Source of the DNA: Candidatus Poriferihabitaceae bacterium
Lineage (GTDB): Bacteria > Pseudomonadota > Gammaproteobacteria > Arenicellales > Poriferihabitantaceae
DNA length: 64,000 nt
Assembly (NCBI GenBank): GCA_965237485.1
Contig: CBDEFQ010000006.1
Location: 273,506-337,505 of the forward strand
Direction: 5' to 3'
The stretch's first letter is position 1. The number at the start of each line of letters is the position of its first letter. Below, piece after piece: positions 52,417 through 63,201 of this stretch. A program made the translations under genes and the position numbers. A model generated the notes under the pieces. It did no database searches, was not told the origin of the DNA, and worked only from the letters and a program-made list of their open reading frames with translations.

Positions 52417-53916
52417 ATGCCTATATGTACCAAGATACGACGTTTGTGTTTAGTAGAAGGTCGCAAAGTAAGCGAGGTGTCGCGTGAATTCAATTTATCA
52501 CGCACCACTATTTATAAATATTTAAACAACGCGCCAAGCGAACCTGAATATCAGCGGTCGGTGCCAATAGTCTGTCCGAAGCTGGATAAGTTCAAACCTC
52601 AGTTGATCAATTTGCTTGAAGTGGACGCAGCTCGCTCAGTGCGAGAAAGACGTAATGCAGTTCAACTGTATGAAGAGATTGAGTTGCAAGGGTATCGAGG
52701 GGCTTATGACAGCGTTCAACGGTTTGTCAAAGCGTGGAAGGATCACTCGCGGTCATGTATTAAACAAGCATTTGTGCCATTGGTTTTTGCACCAGGTGAA
52801 GCCTGTCAGTTTGATTGGTCACATGAACAAGTCATTCTGGGTGGGTTTGGTGTCAAGATCAAACTAGCCCACTTTCGTTTATGTCATTCGCGTAAATCAT
52901 ATCTTAGGGCCTATCCCAGAGAAACACAGGAGAGGGTGTTTGATGCACATATTCGGGCGTTTGATTTCTTTGAGGGCTTACCTCAGAAGATGATATACGA
53001 TCACCCTAAGACCATAGTCAGTGCATTGTTTAAGGGTAAGCGGCGTGAGTTTAATCGCCGCTTTCTAAGCCGGATGAATCATTATCTGATTGAACCGATT
53101 GCCTGTACACCGGCAGCGGGTTGGGAGAAAGGCCAGGTTGAACGTCAGGTCGGTGTTATGCGCCAAAGGCTGTTTGTTCCACGGGTGCGCTTTGCTGATT
53201 TAGATGAATTAAACCAATGGCTGGAGCAACGTTGTGCTCGACTTGGTGAACGCCCACACCCGACTGACAAATCAAGACTAATTGATGAAGTGTTTGCCGA
53301 GGAGCAGCCGAGCTTACGTCCCGCGATGGTAGCCTTTGATGGATATTATGAGCGTTTGGCGCGTGTGCATAAAACCTGTGTGGTGCACTACGACCGCAAT
53401 CAATACTCCGTACCCTGTCGGTATGTTGACCAAGCTGTTTCTGTTAGAGCCTATGCAGATAGGATTAAAGTCGTGGTTGACGATGTGGAAGTGACTTCAC
53501 ATGCTCGCTGTTTCGGTCGTCATCAAATGATCTTTGATCCTTGGCATTATCTGCCCGTACTGGAGATTAAACCTGGCGCATTACGCAATGGCGCACCGTT
53601 TGTTGATTGGGATTTACCCAAGGTGCTGCTAACACTCAAAAAACAGTACCTCAAACGTGATGGCGGTGACCGAGAGTTTGTACAATTGTTACTATTGATT
53701 CACCAGCATGGCTTGGAAACAGTCACGGTGGCCTGTGAGCGGGCATTAGATGCCAATACGACTCAGCTATCAGTCATTACCAATTTGGTGCATCGGTTAA
53801 CGGAACCTGATTCGGCCCAAGTGATGACAATTACCAATGCGCCTGTATTAGCTGTCCCCTCGGCAGCGAACGTGACCCGCTATGACCCGCTGTGCGCGGA
53901 GGTGAGCCATGCTTGA
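52417..53916 (+). CDS. istA: IS21-family transposase IstA
   Basis: The ORF is open from 52366. ATG at 52417 gives the HTH N-terminus MPICTKIRRLCLVEGRKVSEVSREFNLSRTTIYKYL. The rve-type core includes CQFDWSHE. Confidence 0.85.
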   Translation: MPICTKIRRLCLVEGRKVSEVSREFNLSRTTIYKYLNNAPSEPEYQRSVPIVCPKLDKFKPQLINLLEVDAARSVRERRNAVQLYEEIELQGYRGAYDSVQRFVKAWKDHSRSCIKQAFVPLVFAPGEACQFDWSHEQVILGGFGVKIKLAHFRLCHSRKSYLRAYPRETQERVFDAHIRAFDFFEGLPQKMIYDHPKTIVSALFKGKRREFNRRFLSRMNHYLIEPIACTPAAGWEKGQVERQVGVMRQRLFVPRVRFADLDELNQWLEQRCARLGERPHPTDKSRLIDEVFAEEQPSLRPAMVAFDGYYERLARVHKTCVVHYDRNQYSVPCRYVDQAVSVRAYADRIKVVVDDVEVTSHARCFGRHQMIFDPWHYLPVLEIKPGALRNGAPFVDWDLPKVLLTLKKQYLKRDGGDREFVQLLLLIHQHGLETVTVACERALDANTTQLSVITNLVHRLTEPDSAQVMTITNAPVLAVPSAANVTRYDPLCAEVSHA

Positions 53917-54807
53917 ACTTGTTGATGATCTTAAAGCCCTTAAACTACACGGTACGGCACCATGCTTACCTGAGTTGATAGATTCGCCTCGTTCTAAAGT
54001 AACGTTGCAATCTGGGTTAATTAAATTGATGGATGCCGAGCGAACGGACCGAGAAGTGAGGTGGCTAAATTCCCTCATCACCGTGATTTACAGCAATTTG
54101 ACTTTACCCAGAGCGAAGTTGAACCAGCGCTCATCGAGGATTTGTCTCAGGCTGACTATATGGACAGAGCCCATAACCTCATCTTTGTCGGTGGCACTGG
54201 AACAGGCAAAACCCATTTAGCTACGGCCTTAGGCATTAAAGCCATTCATTCAGGTCATCGGGTTCGGTTTTACAATGTGGTGGACCTGGTTAATCTGCTG
54301 ATCAAAGAACAGCAGGATGAGAAGCAGGGGCGGCTAGCACGAATTATGCAACCGTTAGATGCGGTGATATTCGATGAGCTGGGATATTTACCCTTCCCCG
54401 CATCGGGTGGCGCACTATTATTCCACCTGATCAGCAAGCTATACGAGAAAACCTCCATCGTGTTTACCACCAAGCTTAATCCTAGATAAATCAGTTAAAA
54501 CACGAAAGTCCATGCAAGCTCTTGATGCACCTAGCAAAATCAAAAAAAACCTTATCACCAATAAGGTGACCGCGACTTTTTTGATTTCACTATGCACTTC
54601 AATTGCTTACATGTCTTTTCCGCGTTTAACTGATTTATCTAGGTTAATGTCAGTGAATGGGTGCAGGTATTTGGCGACGAGAAAATGACCACGGCTTTGC
54701 TCGACAGAGTGACTCATCATTGCTCAATTATTGAAACGGGTAACAACTCATATCGATTCAAGCAGTCTAGTGCTAAAGCAAAGCTCAAGACTGTCACTAA
54801 AAAATAA
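53909..54807 (+). pseudogene. istB: IS21-family helper ATPase IstB, frameshifted and MITE-disrupted
   Basis: The N-terminal frame (MLELVDDLKALKLHG...AERTDREVR) switches at about 54058 to the frame with AKFPHHRDLQQFDF...GGTGTGKTHLA. About 8 codons usually found between these motifs appear to be missing. The MITE splits TTKLN / [25 protein letters not shown]. Confidence 0.8.
54481..54643. mobile_element. 163-bp MITE (family 1), copy B
   Basis: Same sequence and orientation as 37559-37721. 5-bp TSD TTAAT (54476-54480 and 54644-54648). Confidence 0.88.
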
Positions 54808-54946
54808 CATCGCAAGAAAGCAGGATTGATTCATCAACTCAAGTTTCGCTACGCTTCACTTGAGTTGATGATAAAGAAATATTATTGTATTTAATTGTTC
54901 AGTTTTACTCGCTGACAGGTGTCCAGTTTTAAACGCTGATTGACAA

Positions 54947-55459
54947 TCGGGTAAAGAGATCACTAAACCGCACCATCTGGCCAGTACACGCGTAATACAG
55001 CACGGCGAGCCAGTATTTTTGTGTTTCTGTGGAATGACCAATTTTCATCGTTTCAAACTTGGTTTTGACCGCACCTTTTGGGTTGGAGAAATCACAGATA
55101 AAAACCAAGAAGCGGTATACCAAACTGCGGTGGATAGCCAAACCGCTGCCCTAAATGTATTGGCTCCCGGCGTGGCCGCTGAGGATGTTCACGCGGAGTA
55201 CGCCGAGGTGATTCAGAGCGCCGGATACCAGTACCCATTTCGCTGCGGCAGAGCCACCGGATTTAGCTACCTATAAATGCCACAACTGGTTTTTGGAGAT
55301 AGGACCATTTTGCAACCAGGCATGGTATTAGCTGTTGATGGTTCAGTGACTGTGGCACAATCTTTCCGCGCTCAAGTTGGGGATAGTTTTATAATCACTG
55401 ATGTGGGCTATGAACAAATTACCCAACATCCTAAAGCAATAAAAGAGATGATCGTTTAA
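54947..55459 (+). pseudogene. M24-family peptidase/creatinase-like hydrolase, 5'-truncated with an in-frame stop
   Basis: The frame is open from the IS21 end (…RVIQHGEPVFLCFCGMTNFHRFKLGFDRTFWVGE…). TAA at 55274-55276 separates the two tracked ORFs, which share one frame. Only the C-terminal third, approximately, of a typical M24 protein is present. Confidence 0.75.
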
Positions 55460-56724
55460 TGAGTAAATTTTCAGCTTGGAGCGTTTTTCGCAATGGCTTG
55501 AGCAACCAACAAAACTGGGGGCGTCAATGGCGTGATCCAGAACCGAAGAAAGAATATGATGTGATTATCATCGGCGCAGGCTTACACGGACTGGCCACCG
55601 CATACTACTTGGCTGAAAATCACGGCATTAAAAACATCGCGGTGGTAGAAAAAGGCTGGTTAGGTGGTGGTAACGCAGGGCGTAACACTACGATTGTACG
55701 TTCCAACTACATGATGCCGGGTAATCGTCAGTTTTACGAGCATTCCTTAAAGCTTTGGGAAAACATGAGCCATGATTTAAATTACAACATCATGTTCTCA
55801 CAGCGTTCGCATATTTCTTTGTTCCATAGTCCGGCTGCGCGCGATGGTGCTGCGCGTCGTTATAACACCATGCGTCTTAATGGTACGCCAGCAGAAATTT
55901 GGGGTTTAGACGAGTTAAAACAAAACGTACCACATTTAAATTACGACAATGCCCGCTTCCCAATTATTGGTGCTGCAGTACAACGTCGGGCTGGAACAGC
56001 GCGTCACGACGCGGTTGCTTGGGCGTATGCGCGAGCGGCTGATCAACACGGTGTGGGTATTCTACAAAATTGTGAAGTTACGGGCATTAACCGTAACGGC
56101 GACAAGGTAACGGGCGTCACCACTTCGCGCGGCGTGATCGGCGCCAAGAAAATTGGTTTAGCGGTGGCGGGTAACACATCCCGTTTATGGCAAATGGCGG
56201 GTATGTCTACACTGCCTATCGAAACGCATAAGTTGCAAGCTTTCGTAAGTGAGCCACTCAAACCGTTGCTTGATCAAGTAGTGGTATTTGGTGTGGGCGG
56301 CGCGCACTTTTATATTTCGCAGTCTGATAAAGGCGGCATGGTGTTTGGCGGTGACTTGGATTGGTATAAGTCATACGCACAAAAAGGTAACTTGCCGATT
56401 GTGCAAGACGTGGCTGAATGTGCGGTGTCGATCATGCCTTGCTTGGGTCGCGTGCGGTTGTTACGCCATTGGTCAGGAGTGATGGACATGTCAATGGACG
56501 GTGCGCCGTTTATATGTAAGACGCCACTTCCTAATATGTACCTTAATGGCGGTTGGAACTACGGCGGCTTTAAAGCCAGCCCAGCTTCGGGTTATTACTA
56601 TGCCGACTTGATTGCCAATGATCGACCACACAAGTACATAGAAAATCATGATCTCACGCGATTTGAGCGCGGGGTTAATATCGATGAACGCGGCGCCGGG
56701 CCTGACCCGAAGCTGCACGGATAG
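55459..56724 (+). CDS. soxB: sarcosine oxidase beta subunit
   Basis: 421 aa with FAD-binding YDVIIIGAGLHGLATAY. It is followed by the delta, alpha and gamma subunit genes. Confidence 0.92.
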   Translation: MSKFSAWSVFRNGLSNQQNWGRQWRDPEPKKEYDVIIIGAGLHGLATAYYLAENHGIKNIAVVEKGWLGGGNAGRNTTIVRSNYMMPGNRQFYEHSLKLWENMSHDLNYNIMFSQRSHISLFHSPAARDGAARRYNTMRLNGTPAEIWGLDELKQNVPHLNYDNARFPIIGAAVQRRAGTARHDAVAWAYARAADQHGVGILQNCEVTGINRNGDKVTGVTTSRGVIGAKKIGLAVAGNTSRLWQMAGMSTLPIETHKLQAFVSEPLKPLLDQVVVFGVGGAHFYISQSDKGGMVFGGDLDWYKSYAQKGNLPIVQDVAECAVSIMPCLGRVRLLRHWSGVMDMSMDGAPFICKTPLPNMYLNGGWNYGGFKASPASGYYYADLIANDRPHKYIENHDLTRFERGVNIDERGAGPDPKLHG

Positions 56725-56733
56725 GACAGGCCA

Positions 56734-57018
56734 ATGTTAAGAATAAATTGTCCGTTTTGCGGTGAGCGAGATCACAGCGAATTTAGTTATGGTGGCGATG
56801 CCTCCATTGTTTACCCCGCCTTAGATGCGCCACTAAAAGATTGGACGAATGCTGTATTTGAGCGTGCAAACATTCGTGGCATGCAGTCCGAAACTTGGCA
56901 GCATGGCACGGGTTGTCGACAATGGTTGGTGGTTGAGCGCGACACCATGACCCACGAGATTAAGTCGGTTAAAGCCGCGCACCCCGGCGTGGCCCAAGTG
57001 TTGGAGTCTGAAGTATGA
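56734..57018 (+). CDS. soxD: sarcosine oxidase delta subunit
   Basis: 94 aa, MLRINCPFCGERDHSEF (Cys/His zinc motif). Confidence 0.9.
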   Translation: MLRINCPFCGERDHSEFSYGGDASIVYPALDAPLKDWTNAVFERANIRGMQSETWQHGTGCRQWLVVERDTMTHEIKSVKAAHPGVAQVLESEV

Positions 57019-60000
57019 GCTCGCGCAGAATAAACACAGGCGGTGTAGTAGACCGCGGGCAAAAAGTCCAATTTACTTGGGATGCTAAGCCATTAAATGG
57101 CCTAGCGGGAGACACTCTATCTTCGGCCTTGTTGGCGAACAACGAACAAGTCGTTGGGCGTAGTTTTAAATATCACCGGCCGCGCGGTATTATGTCAGCA
57201 GGAGTGGAAGAGTCAGGCGCGATGGTGACCATCGGCAGTGGTGATCGTACAGACGCCAATGTAAAGGCGACGACGGTTGAGCTATTTCAAGGATTGGACG
57301 CACATGGCCAGAATGCTTGGCCAAATGTGCGTTTTGATATGGGTGCGGTAAACGGTCTGTTTGGTAAATTTTTCGCCGCAGGTTTTTACTACAAAACCTT
57401 TATGGGTATTCCTCCATTTGAGTGGTTCAGCAAAGGAACCGGCATTTGGATGCAATACGAAAAGATAATTCGCCGTGCGGCGGGTTTAGGTACGGCTTCA
57501 CGCTTGCCAGACCCGGATGAATATGAACATGGCCATTTATTTTGTGATGTGATGGTTGTGGGGGCAGGCATTGCAGGGTTAAATGCTGCGTTGGCTGCAG
57601 CGAACTCTGGCCTTGAAGTGATTTTAGTCGAGCAAGATTTTGAACTTGGTGGTTCGCTGATGAATCAATCTGGTGCAAATGATAAACGCTTAGCACTCAT
57701 TGAGTCAGTAAAAGCAGCGGGCGTAAAAATCATGACGCGAACTACCGCATTTGGCTTATATGATTACAGCGTCGCTGGATTGGTAGAGCGCGTGACTGAT
57801 CACTTACCTAAAAATGCACAAACGCAAGCGATGTACCTACCGCGTCAGCGCTTTTGGACTTTACGTTGTAAGCAAACCGTATTAGCAACCGGCGCGTTGG
57901 AGCGTCACGTGGCCTTCGGTAATAACGATAGGCCAGGCATTATGACGGCAGCCGCTAGCGGCACGTATCTAAACCGTTTTGGGGTGTTAACTGGCGAAAA
58001 TATTGTGATTGCCACCAATAATGATTCGGTTTATCAAACCGCGATTGACCTTAAAGCGGCGGGCGCTTCTATTAGTGTGTTAGACGTGCGCACTATGTTA
58101 TCCGGTGGTGCGTATGAGCAAGCGACCAGTCAAGGTATCGACGTAAGCATGGGCACAACGGCGTATAACGCGATTGGTACAAAGCAGCTTACTGGTTTGC
58201 AAACAGCCACGGGCAGTTACAATAATTGGACTGCTTCTGACCAGATAGATTGCGATCATATTTTATTATCCGGCGGTTGGTCTCCCGTAGTTAACTTACT
58301 TTCACACCGCGGTATCCGCCCTGTGTGGGATGCCAAGGATTGCTGTTTTGTTGCGCCTGAGCATAACGAGCCTATTCAAATGGCCGGTTCGGCTGCGGGT
58401 TACTGGACGGATGACGGCTGTGAAGCCTCAGGTTTATCAGCAGGTGAAGCAGCAGCTAAGGCATTAGGAGCCAAGATAAAATCTAAAGGCAGTTCAGTAG
58501 CCGCTGGTGGTTGGGACAATGCCATCGAGCCTTTATATGAAGTAAAAATAGAAGGCAAGTTTCAGAAGAGCTTTGTTGACCCGCAGCACGATGTAACCAC
58601 TGAAGACGTGCGTTTAGCGCACCGCGAAGGTTTCGTTTCTGTTGAGCACTTAAAGCGCTACACCACATTGGGCATGGCAACGGATCAAGGTAAGATGGGC
58701 AACATCATCGGCCTTGCATTGATGGCAGAAGCCTTAGGCAGAGAAATTCCAGAAGTGGGTACAACAACTTTCCGTCCACCTTACACGCCAATTAGTTTGG
58801 GTGCGTTAACTGGTCGTTCCACCGATAAGCATTTCAAAGCGCTACGGCGCACTGCGATGCACGATTGGAATATCGCCCACGGAGCCACCATGCTAGATGT
58901 TGGCCTATGGCAACGACCTTGGTACTTTGCACGTGATGGCGAAACTATTACCGAGGCGTATATTCGTGAAACTGAAACGGTGCGTAAGTCGGTTGGTTTA
59001 TGTGACGTGATGTCACTCGGTAAAATTGCAGTGCAAGGCCCTGATTCCGCCAAGTTTCTACACCGTATTTACACCAATGCCTTTGCCAAATTGGCAGTAG
59101 GCAAAGCGCGTTACGGCATAATGCTACGGGATGACGGCATGGTGATGGACGATGGTACTACTTGGCGTTTGAGCGAAACGGAGTACTTTATGACCACCAC
59201 CACGGCCCATGCGGCAAAGGTGATGGTGTGGCTTGAGGAGTTGTTGCAAACTCGCTGGCCAGAGCTGAAAGTACATGTTAGCTCAGTTTCAGAGCAATGG
59301 GCTGGTGTGGCGATTGCCGGGCCAGAGGCCAGAAATATTATTCAAGCCAGTTTAGCCGATAGCGATGATATTAGTAACGAGAACTGCCCGTTTATGGGGG
59401 TGATCGAATCAACGCTCAAAAATGGTGTACCTTGTCGTATTGCACGCATCAGCTTTTCGGGTGAGATGGCTTTCGAAATGTATGTGCCTTCTGATTACGC
59501 CAATAGCATGATGGATACCTTGTGGCCTGAAGCTAAAAAGATTGACGGTTGCTTATATGGTACGGAAGCACTCGGTGCGCTGCGTATCGAAAAAGGCCAC
59601 GTTACGGGCACTGAGCTTGATGGCCGCGTGACCATTGAAGATGCTGGCTTGGGCGGCATGGCTTCCACTAAAAAGCCTTATATTGGCAATGTGCTTAGAA
59701 TGCGCCCTGAAATGCAAAAAGAAGGGCGGCCACAGTTGGTAGGTATTTTGCCAAAAGATCGTTCGCAAACTTTTAACGCTGGGTCTTTGTTAGTAAACCA
59801 AAGCAGTTTGGGTGATGAATTCTACCTAGGTGACGGTTGGATCACGGCGGTAACGCATTCACCTGAAATGGGCCATTGGATTGGTCTAGGTTTTATTAAA
59901 GGCGGATACCAAGCGTGGGAAGGAAAAACATTAACTTCATCTGATCCTGTGCGCAAAGGCGATATCGAAGTCGAGATCATCTCGCCGCACATGGTTGATC

Positions 60001-60026
60001 CTAAAGGGGAGCGTATGCATGGTTAG
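57015..60026 (+). CDS. soxA: sarcosine oxidase alpha subunit
   Basis: 1003 aa with a dinucleotide fold VMVVGAGIAGL and a C-terminal GcvT-like folate-binding domain. Confidence 0.92.
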   Translation: MSSRRINTGGVVDRGQKVQFTWDAKPLNGLAGDTLSSALLANNEQVVGRSFKYHRPRGIMSAGVEESGAMVTIGSGDRTDANVKATTVELFQGLDAHGQNAWPNVRFDMGAVNGLFGKFFAAGFYYKTFMGIPPFEWFSKGTGIWMQYEKIIRRAAGLGTASRLPDPDEYEHGHLFCDVMVVGAGIAGLNAALAAANSGLEVILVEQDFELGGSLMNQSGANDKRLALIESVKAAGVKIMTRTTAFGLYDYSVAGLVERVTDHLPKNAQTQAMYLPRQRFWTLRCKQTVLATGALERHVAFGNNDRPGIMTAAASGTYLNRFGVLTGENIVIATNNDSVYQTAIDLKAAGASISVLDVRTMLSGGAYEQATSQGIDVSMGTTAYNAIGTKQLTGLQTATGSYNNWTASDQIDCDHILLSGGWSPVVNLLSHRGIRPVWDAKDCCFVAPEHNEPIQMAGSAAGYWTDDGCEASGLSAGEAAAKALGAKIKSKGSSVAAGGWDNAIEPLYEVKIEGKFQKSFVDPQHDVTTEDVRLAHREGFVSVEHLKRYTTLGMATDQGKMGNIIGLALMAEALGREIPEVGTTTFRPPYTPISLGALTGRSTDKHFKALRRTAMHDWNIAHGATMLDVGLWQRPWYFARDGETITEAYIRETETVRKSVGLCDVMSLGKIAVQGPDSAKFLHRIYTNAFAKLAVGKARYGIMLRDDGMVMDDGTTWRLSETEYFMTTTTAHAAKVMVWLEELLQTRWPELKVHVSSVSEQWAGVAIAGPEARNIIQASLADSDDISNENCPFMGVIESTLKNGVPCRIARISFSGEMAFEMYVPSDYANSMMDTLWPEAKKIDGCLYGTEALGALRIEKGHVTGTELDGRVTIEDAGLGGMASTKKPYIGNVLRMRPEMQKEGRPQLVGILPKDRSQTFNAGSLLVNQSSLGDEFYLGDGWITAVTHSPEMGHWIGLGFIKGGYQAWEGKTLTSSDPVRKGDIEVEIISPHMVDPKGERMHG

Positions 60027-60603
60027 TACAACACAAGAAAGAGTATCCGGCTTACACGGTTACTATCATACCGGTCGCTTTGGCGCAGACAATGGGTCTG
60101 GGCCAGGCGTTACCTTACAAGAAATCAATGAGCTAACGCTTTGGCAAGTTGCGGCATGGCCAGAAGCTTTTGCCGCGGTCAGTGCGAGCGTGGCAAAACA
60201 ATGTGGGGTGAGCAAAGCGCCAGCGCCAGGTCAGGCTGAAGTCGGTGAAAAGGCCGTATTATTGCGCGCTGAACCACTCAAATATTGGGTGATTGGGATG
60301 GTGCCAAGCGAACTTAGCTCTGACGAAGGGGCGATCGTTGATCAATCTCATTCGCGTACGCGCGTGCGTGTTTCGGGCAGTGAAGCTGCCTCATTGTTAA
60401 ACCGGCACTTACCGCTAGATTTGCGCGATAGCGCATTCCCAGTGGGTAGTGTTGCATCAACTGCATTTCACCATATTGGGATTACCTTATGGCGAAATAA
60501 AGACGGTTACGATTTATTTATGCCGCGCGGTTTTGCTGTTTCATTATGGGAGTTGCTAACGCATAGTGCCGAGCAGTTTGGCTACGAAACCTTAGCTGCA
60601 TAA
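60019..60603 (+). CDS. soxG: sarcosine oxidase gamma subunit
   Basis: The ORF is open from 59995. ATG at 60019 overlaps the soxA stop by 8 nt. About 194 aa, in the operon's final position. Confidence 0.82.
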   Translation: MVSTTQERVSGLHGYYHTGRFGADNGSGPGVTLQEINELTLWQVAAWPEAFAAVSASVAKQCGVSKAPAPGQAEVGEKAVLLRAEPLKYWVIGMVPSELSSDEGAIVDQSHSRTRVRVSGSEAASLLNRHLPLDLRDSAFPVGSVASTAFHHIGITLWRNKDGYDLFMPRGFAVSLWELLTHSAEQFGYETLAA

Positions 60604-60758
60604 GCGTTGGTAAAATACGGCTGCGTTGTGGGCTTAACCCGCAATGCAGCCAATTGTATTGTTGGTGGCTGGCGCGGTCGGCTTGTCTTCGGAAATTGAA
60701 ATTAAGGTATTGGCCATCTTTCTCAGCCAGAGTGAGAAGCAGGTACGTTGCTTTGGTG

Positions 60759-61595
60759 TCATGGAGGCAAGTAGTTTTTGAGTGAAACCAAGCCAAAGCG
60801 AGCGATTGCTTTGCACACCTCTGGGTTGGCTGATTCGAAGAGCCTCCAACGTTGTAGAATAGATTGAGCAAAGCGAACATCAAAATTGACCTGATGGCTT
60901 TGCCTGAGCATATTAAAAAAACGGACGCCCCAATTATCCAATTCTTCTACGAAAGCTTGGTTTGGCCGCTTCTGCTCACGGATAGTTTCGGTCAATAATG
61001 ATGTTTGTTCAGCATTCAACTCCAAATTAGCTCTAGCCATCCACTTCTTGGCATTTTGGGTGGCTTTCTTTACGCGTTCATTTTCACTCAGGTGTTTTAC
61101 TTCGTTACGCCGCTGTTGCTGTTGCTCGATATAGTTACGTTGCATCTGATCGATTTGAACTGATGACAGCGACTTTAACAAAGTGATAGAAAAATTGGCT
61201 GGGTGGCAAGCGAACACAGTCTCTCGAAACTCACGAGTCGATAATATAAGGCGCTCACTAAAATCTACATCGATGTGCTCATCGCTTGCATCGAGCTTGT
61301 CAGCGAGGCTTGATAGGAATGTCGAATACTGCGGCAACTCGCTTTGCCGGTGCCAAGCGTGAAACGCGTCCGTCAACCTATGAAGGCTATCTTCTTGGGT
61401 GTTATCCAGATCAACTAGATCAAGAAAATTACGGTCTAGGTGATTGTCTAGCTGACCGTATAGCGGCTTGAGTAGTAATTTACTATTAGTGCAAGAGCCC
61501 AAGGATATCAAAAGGACGAGTGCGAACAGCAGATACCGCTTTGCCGATTGGCCAAGTAAAATGTTAGCGTCCAAAATATTAATACGATAATCCAA
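60759..61595 (-). CDS. putative lipoprotein, function unknown
   Basis: 278 aa with a lipobox-like LISLGSC after a hydrophobic leader. The remainder is helical and charged. Confidence 0.6.
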   Translation of the reverse strand: MDYRINILDANILLGQSAKRYLLFALVLLISLGSCTNSKLLLKPLYGQLDNHLDRNFLDLVDLDNTQEDSLHRLTDAFHAWHRQSELPQYSTFLSSLADKLDASDEHIDVDFSERLILSTREFRETVFACHPANFSITLLKSLSSVQIDQMQRNYIEQQQQRRNEVKHLSENERVKKATQNAKKWMARANLELNAEQTSLLTETIREQKRPNQAFVEELDNWGVRFFNMLRQSHQVNFDVRFAQSILQRWRLFESANPEVCKAIARFGLVSLKNYLPP

Positions 61596-61739
61596 TATAA
61601 AGCGCGGTAGGGCGTGCTAGCTAAGACAGTAAATTTAGTCGGATAGTTTCAACTTTGCATTTTTCTAGTGAATGGCCTCACGCCCTAAACGTGCATTCCT
61701 TAAACTTTGAATAATCTGCTTGAAACGCCGATGAGCACG

Positions 61740-62144
61740 CTACAAGTATTCTGGCCCGTTTCGTGTCGGTAAATCGTCCCCAATCTTAAACCAAGGAAGT
61801 TTTTCTTCATGGGCAACATGCAGTGTTGGCTTAAATTTTTTGGGTTCTTCCATCGCAGCTACATACAAGTGCATCACACCCGACATCCGTTCTGACCGAA
61901 ATGAGAGCGGCGTACCGCAGTTTCCACAGAAGGTTCTTTCTACACCAGAGGAGGAGTGATAAACCTTAGGTGCTTCTCCCGTCCATCTCCATTGGGTATC
62001 TGACACGCCGATGTAGGTAGTCATTGGCGCAGAACACTGTCGTCGACAACTTTCGCAATGGCAGTTGACGCAAGATTTGATGGGGGCATCGATTTCAAAA
62101 CGGACTGCTTTGCAAAGGCATCTTCCGCGGCATGTTTCGGTCAT
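61740..62144 (-). CDS. GFA-family (glutathione-dependent formaldehyde-activating / CENP-V-like) zinc protein
   Basis: 134 aa with Cys ligand pattern CLCKAVRF...CHCESCRR...CGNCGTPL. Confidence 0.82.
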   Translation of the reverse strand: MTETCRGRCLCKAVRFEIDAPIKSCVNCHCESCRRQCSAPMTTYIGVSDTQWRWTGEAPKVYHSSSGVERTFCGNCGTPLSFRSERMSGVMHLYVAAMEEPKKFKPTLHVAHEEKLPWFKIGDDLPTRNGPEYL

Positions 62145-62220
62145 GAAGCTCTCTCTTCTTGGTAGGCGATATAAGATCCAGTATTTTAGCTCACTTTATG
62201 GGGCAGGCTAGGGGATTTGG

Positions 62221-62595
62221 CTATATCCAGCACTTAACAGCATCCACGGAATCAGTGGGCCCAGTATTGAAGCAGATCTTTGCTGATGGAGCAGACTGAT
62301 GAACCGTATTTACCAGTGCCTCAAACACGTTAAAGTGCTGTTCAACTTTTCTTACTCCCGCACCAATAAGTACGCAGTCATATGTCTTATTATTTAGCAC
62401 TTTCAGTACATCATCTGTAGCACTCTTATTGTCATTAATAAAACATTGATCGGCCTCATACCCGAGAGTATTGAGGCTGTCGCAATCAGCATTTAATACA
62501 TTGCGTAGCTTTTCAGCATCGAGCCTAGGCCACTTACTAAAGTCAACCACTTCAGGATTCCACCCCACCAACAGTACTTTTTTCTTGTTTATCAT
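62221..62595 (-). CDS. hypothetical protein
   Basis: 124-aa ORF with no motif I recognise. Coding is plausible from composition. Confidence 0.45.
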   Translation of the reverse strand: MINKKKVLLVGWNPEVVDFSKWPRLDAEKLRNVLNADCDSLNTLGYEADQCFINDNKSATDDVLKVLNNKTYDCVLIGAGVRKVEQHFNVFEALVNTVHQSAPSAKICFNTGPTDSVDAVKCWI

Positions 62596-63201
62596 TTTCG
62601 CACTATATTAGTCATGTTCTGCGACCTCCATACTAACCCTATAAAGTTTAGCTTATGATCTAGGGTTGGGCGAATGTCGATTGGGAGTATCCTACCGATA
62701 AAAGCGATTGTAAACCTTTATTCTCGAGATTTGGCTCAAGCTCACTTGGGTTCGCCATTTCTATGGTACCTTCCACTTCCACGCGTAAGTATTTGACGGG
62801 GTGTTCCAAACCTCATATTGTTGATGGGTATCTTGTATGCTCCCGACAGTTGAATGGCCGGTAAGCTGCCCTTTCTGCCAGTTGGTAAAACATTAATCAC
62901 ATTAAAAATCCTGATAGCAGCCATTTAGACTTTAGAAAAACCTCCATAATCGAACGAAATTGAGAAGAGAATAGCTCTTCTTCTGAGGGTAAACCTTAAT
63001 TGCAATTAATTGTAGAAATGCGATTACCGAGGGAAACTGACGGTGTAATTACCCAGCGACTTTGTTGCATGGCTATATCAGTCGGTCAATAAATATGCAA
63101 TGGATCTGAGGTCGGAACGGAGGGAAAGCATCCATACAGCAGACATTGGATAGATCTGATTTCCAACACCCATGAATGCGGCCACGTCTAATCTATCGAC
63201 A

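Larger units (their letters stand above)
52301..54945 (+). mobile_element. IS21-family insertion sequence
   Basis: TGT...ACA termini with reiterated terminal motifs (left CAGCGTGCAAAAATGAACAG and CAGCGTACAAAACTGAACAC; right, in reverse complement, CAGCGTTTAAAACTGGACAC and CAGCGAGTAAAACTGAACAA). It has the istA-istB gene pair. I found no matching TSD. Confidence 0.8.

Noticed and set aside
62600-63200. A degraded substrate-binding (proX-like) gene downstream of the ProW-type permease
   Set aside because: Translating all minus-strand frames gave only short stop-interrupted stretches with nothing I can align to OpuAC/ProX. The tracked 60-aa ORF 62742-62924 looks spurious.
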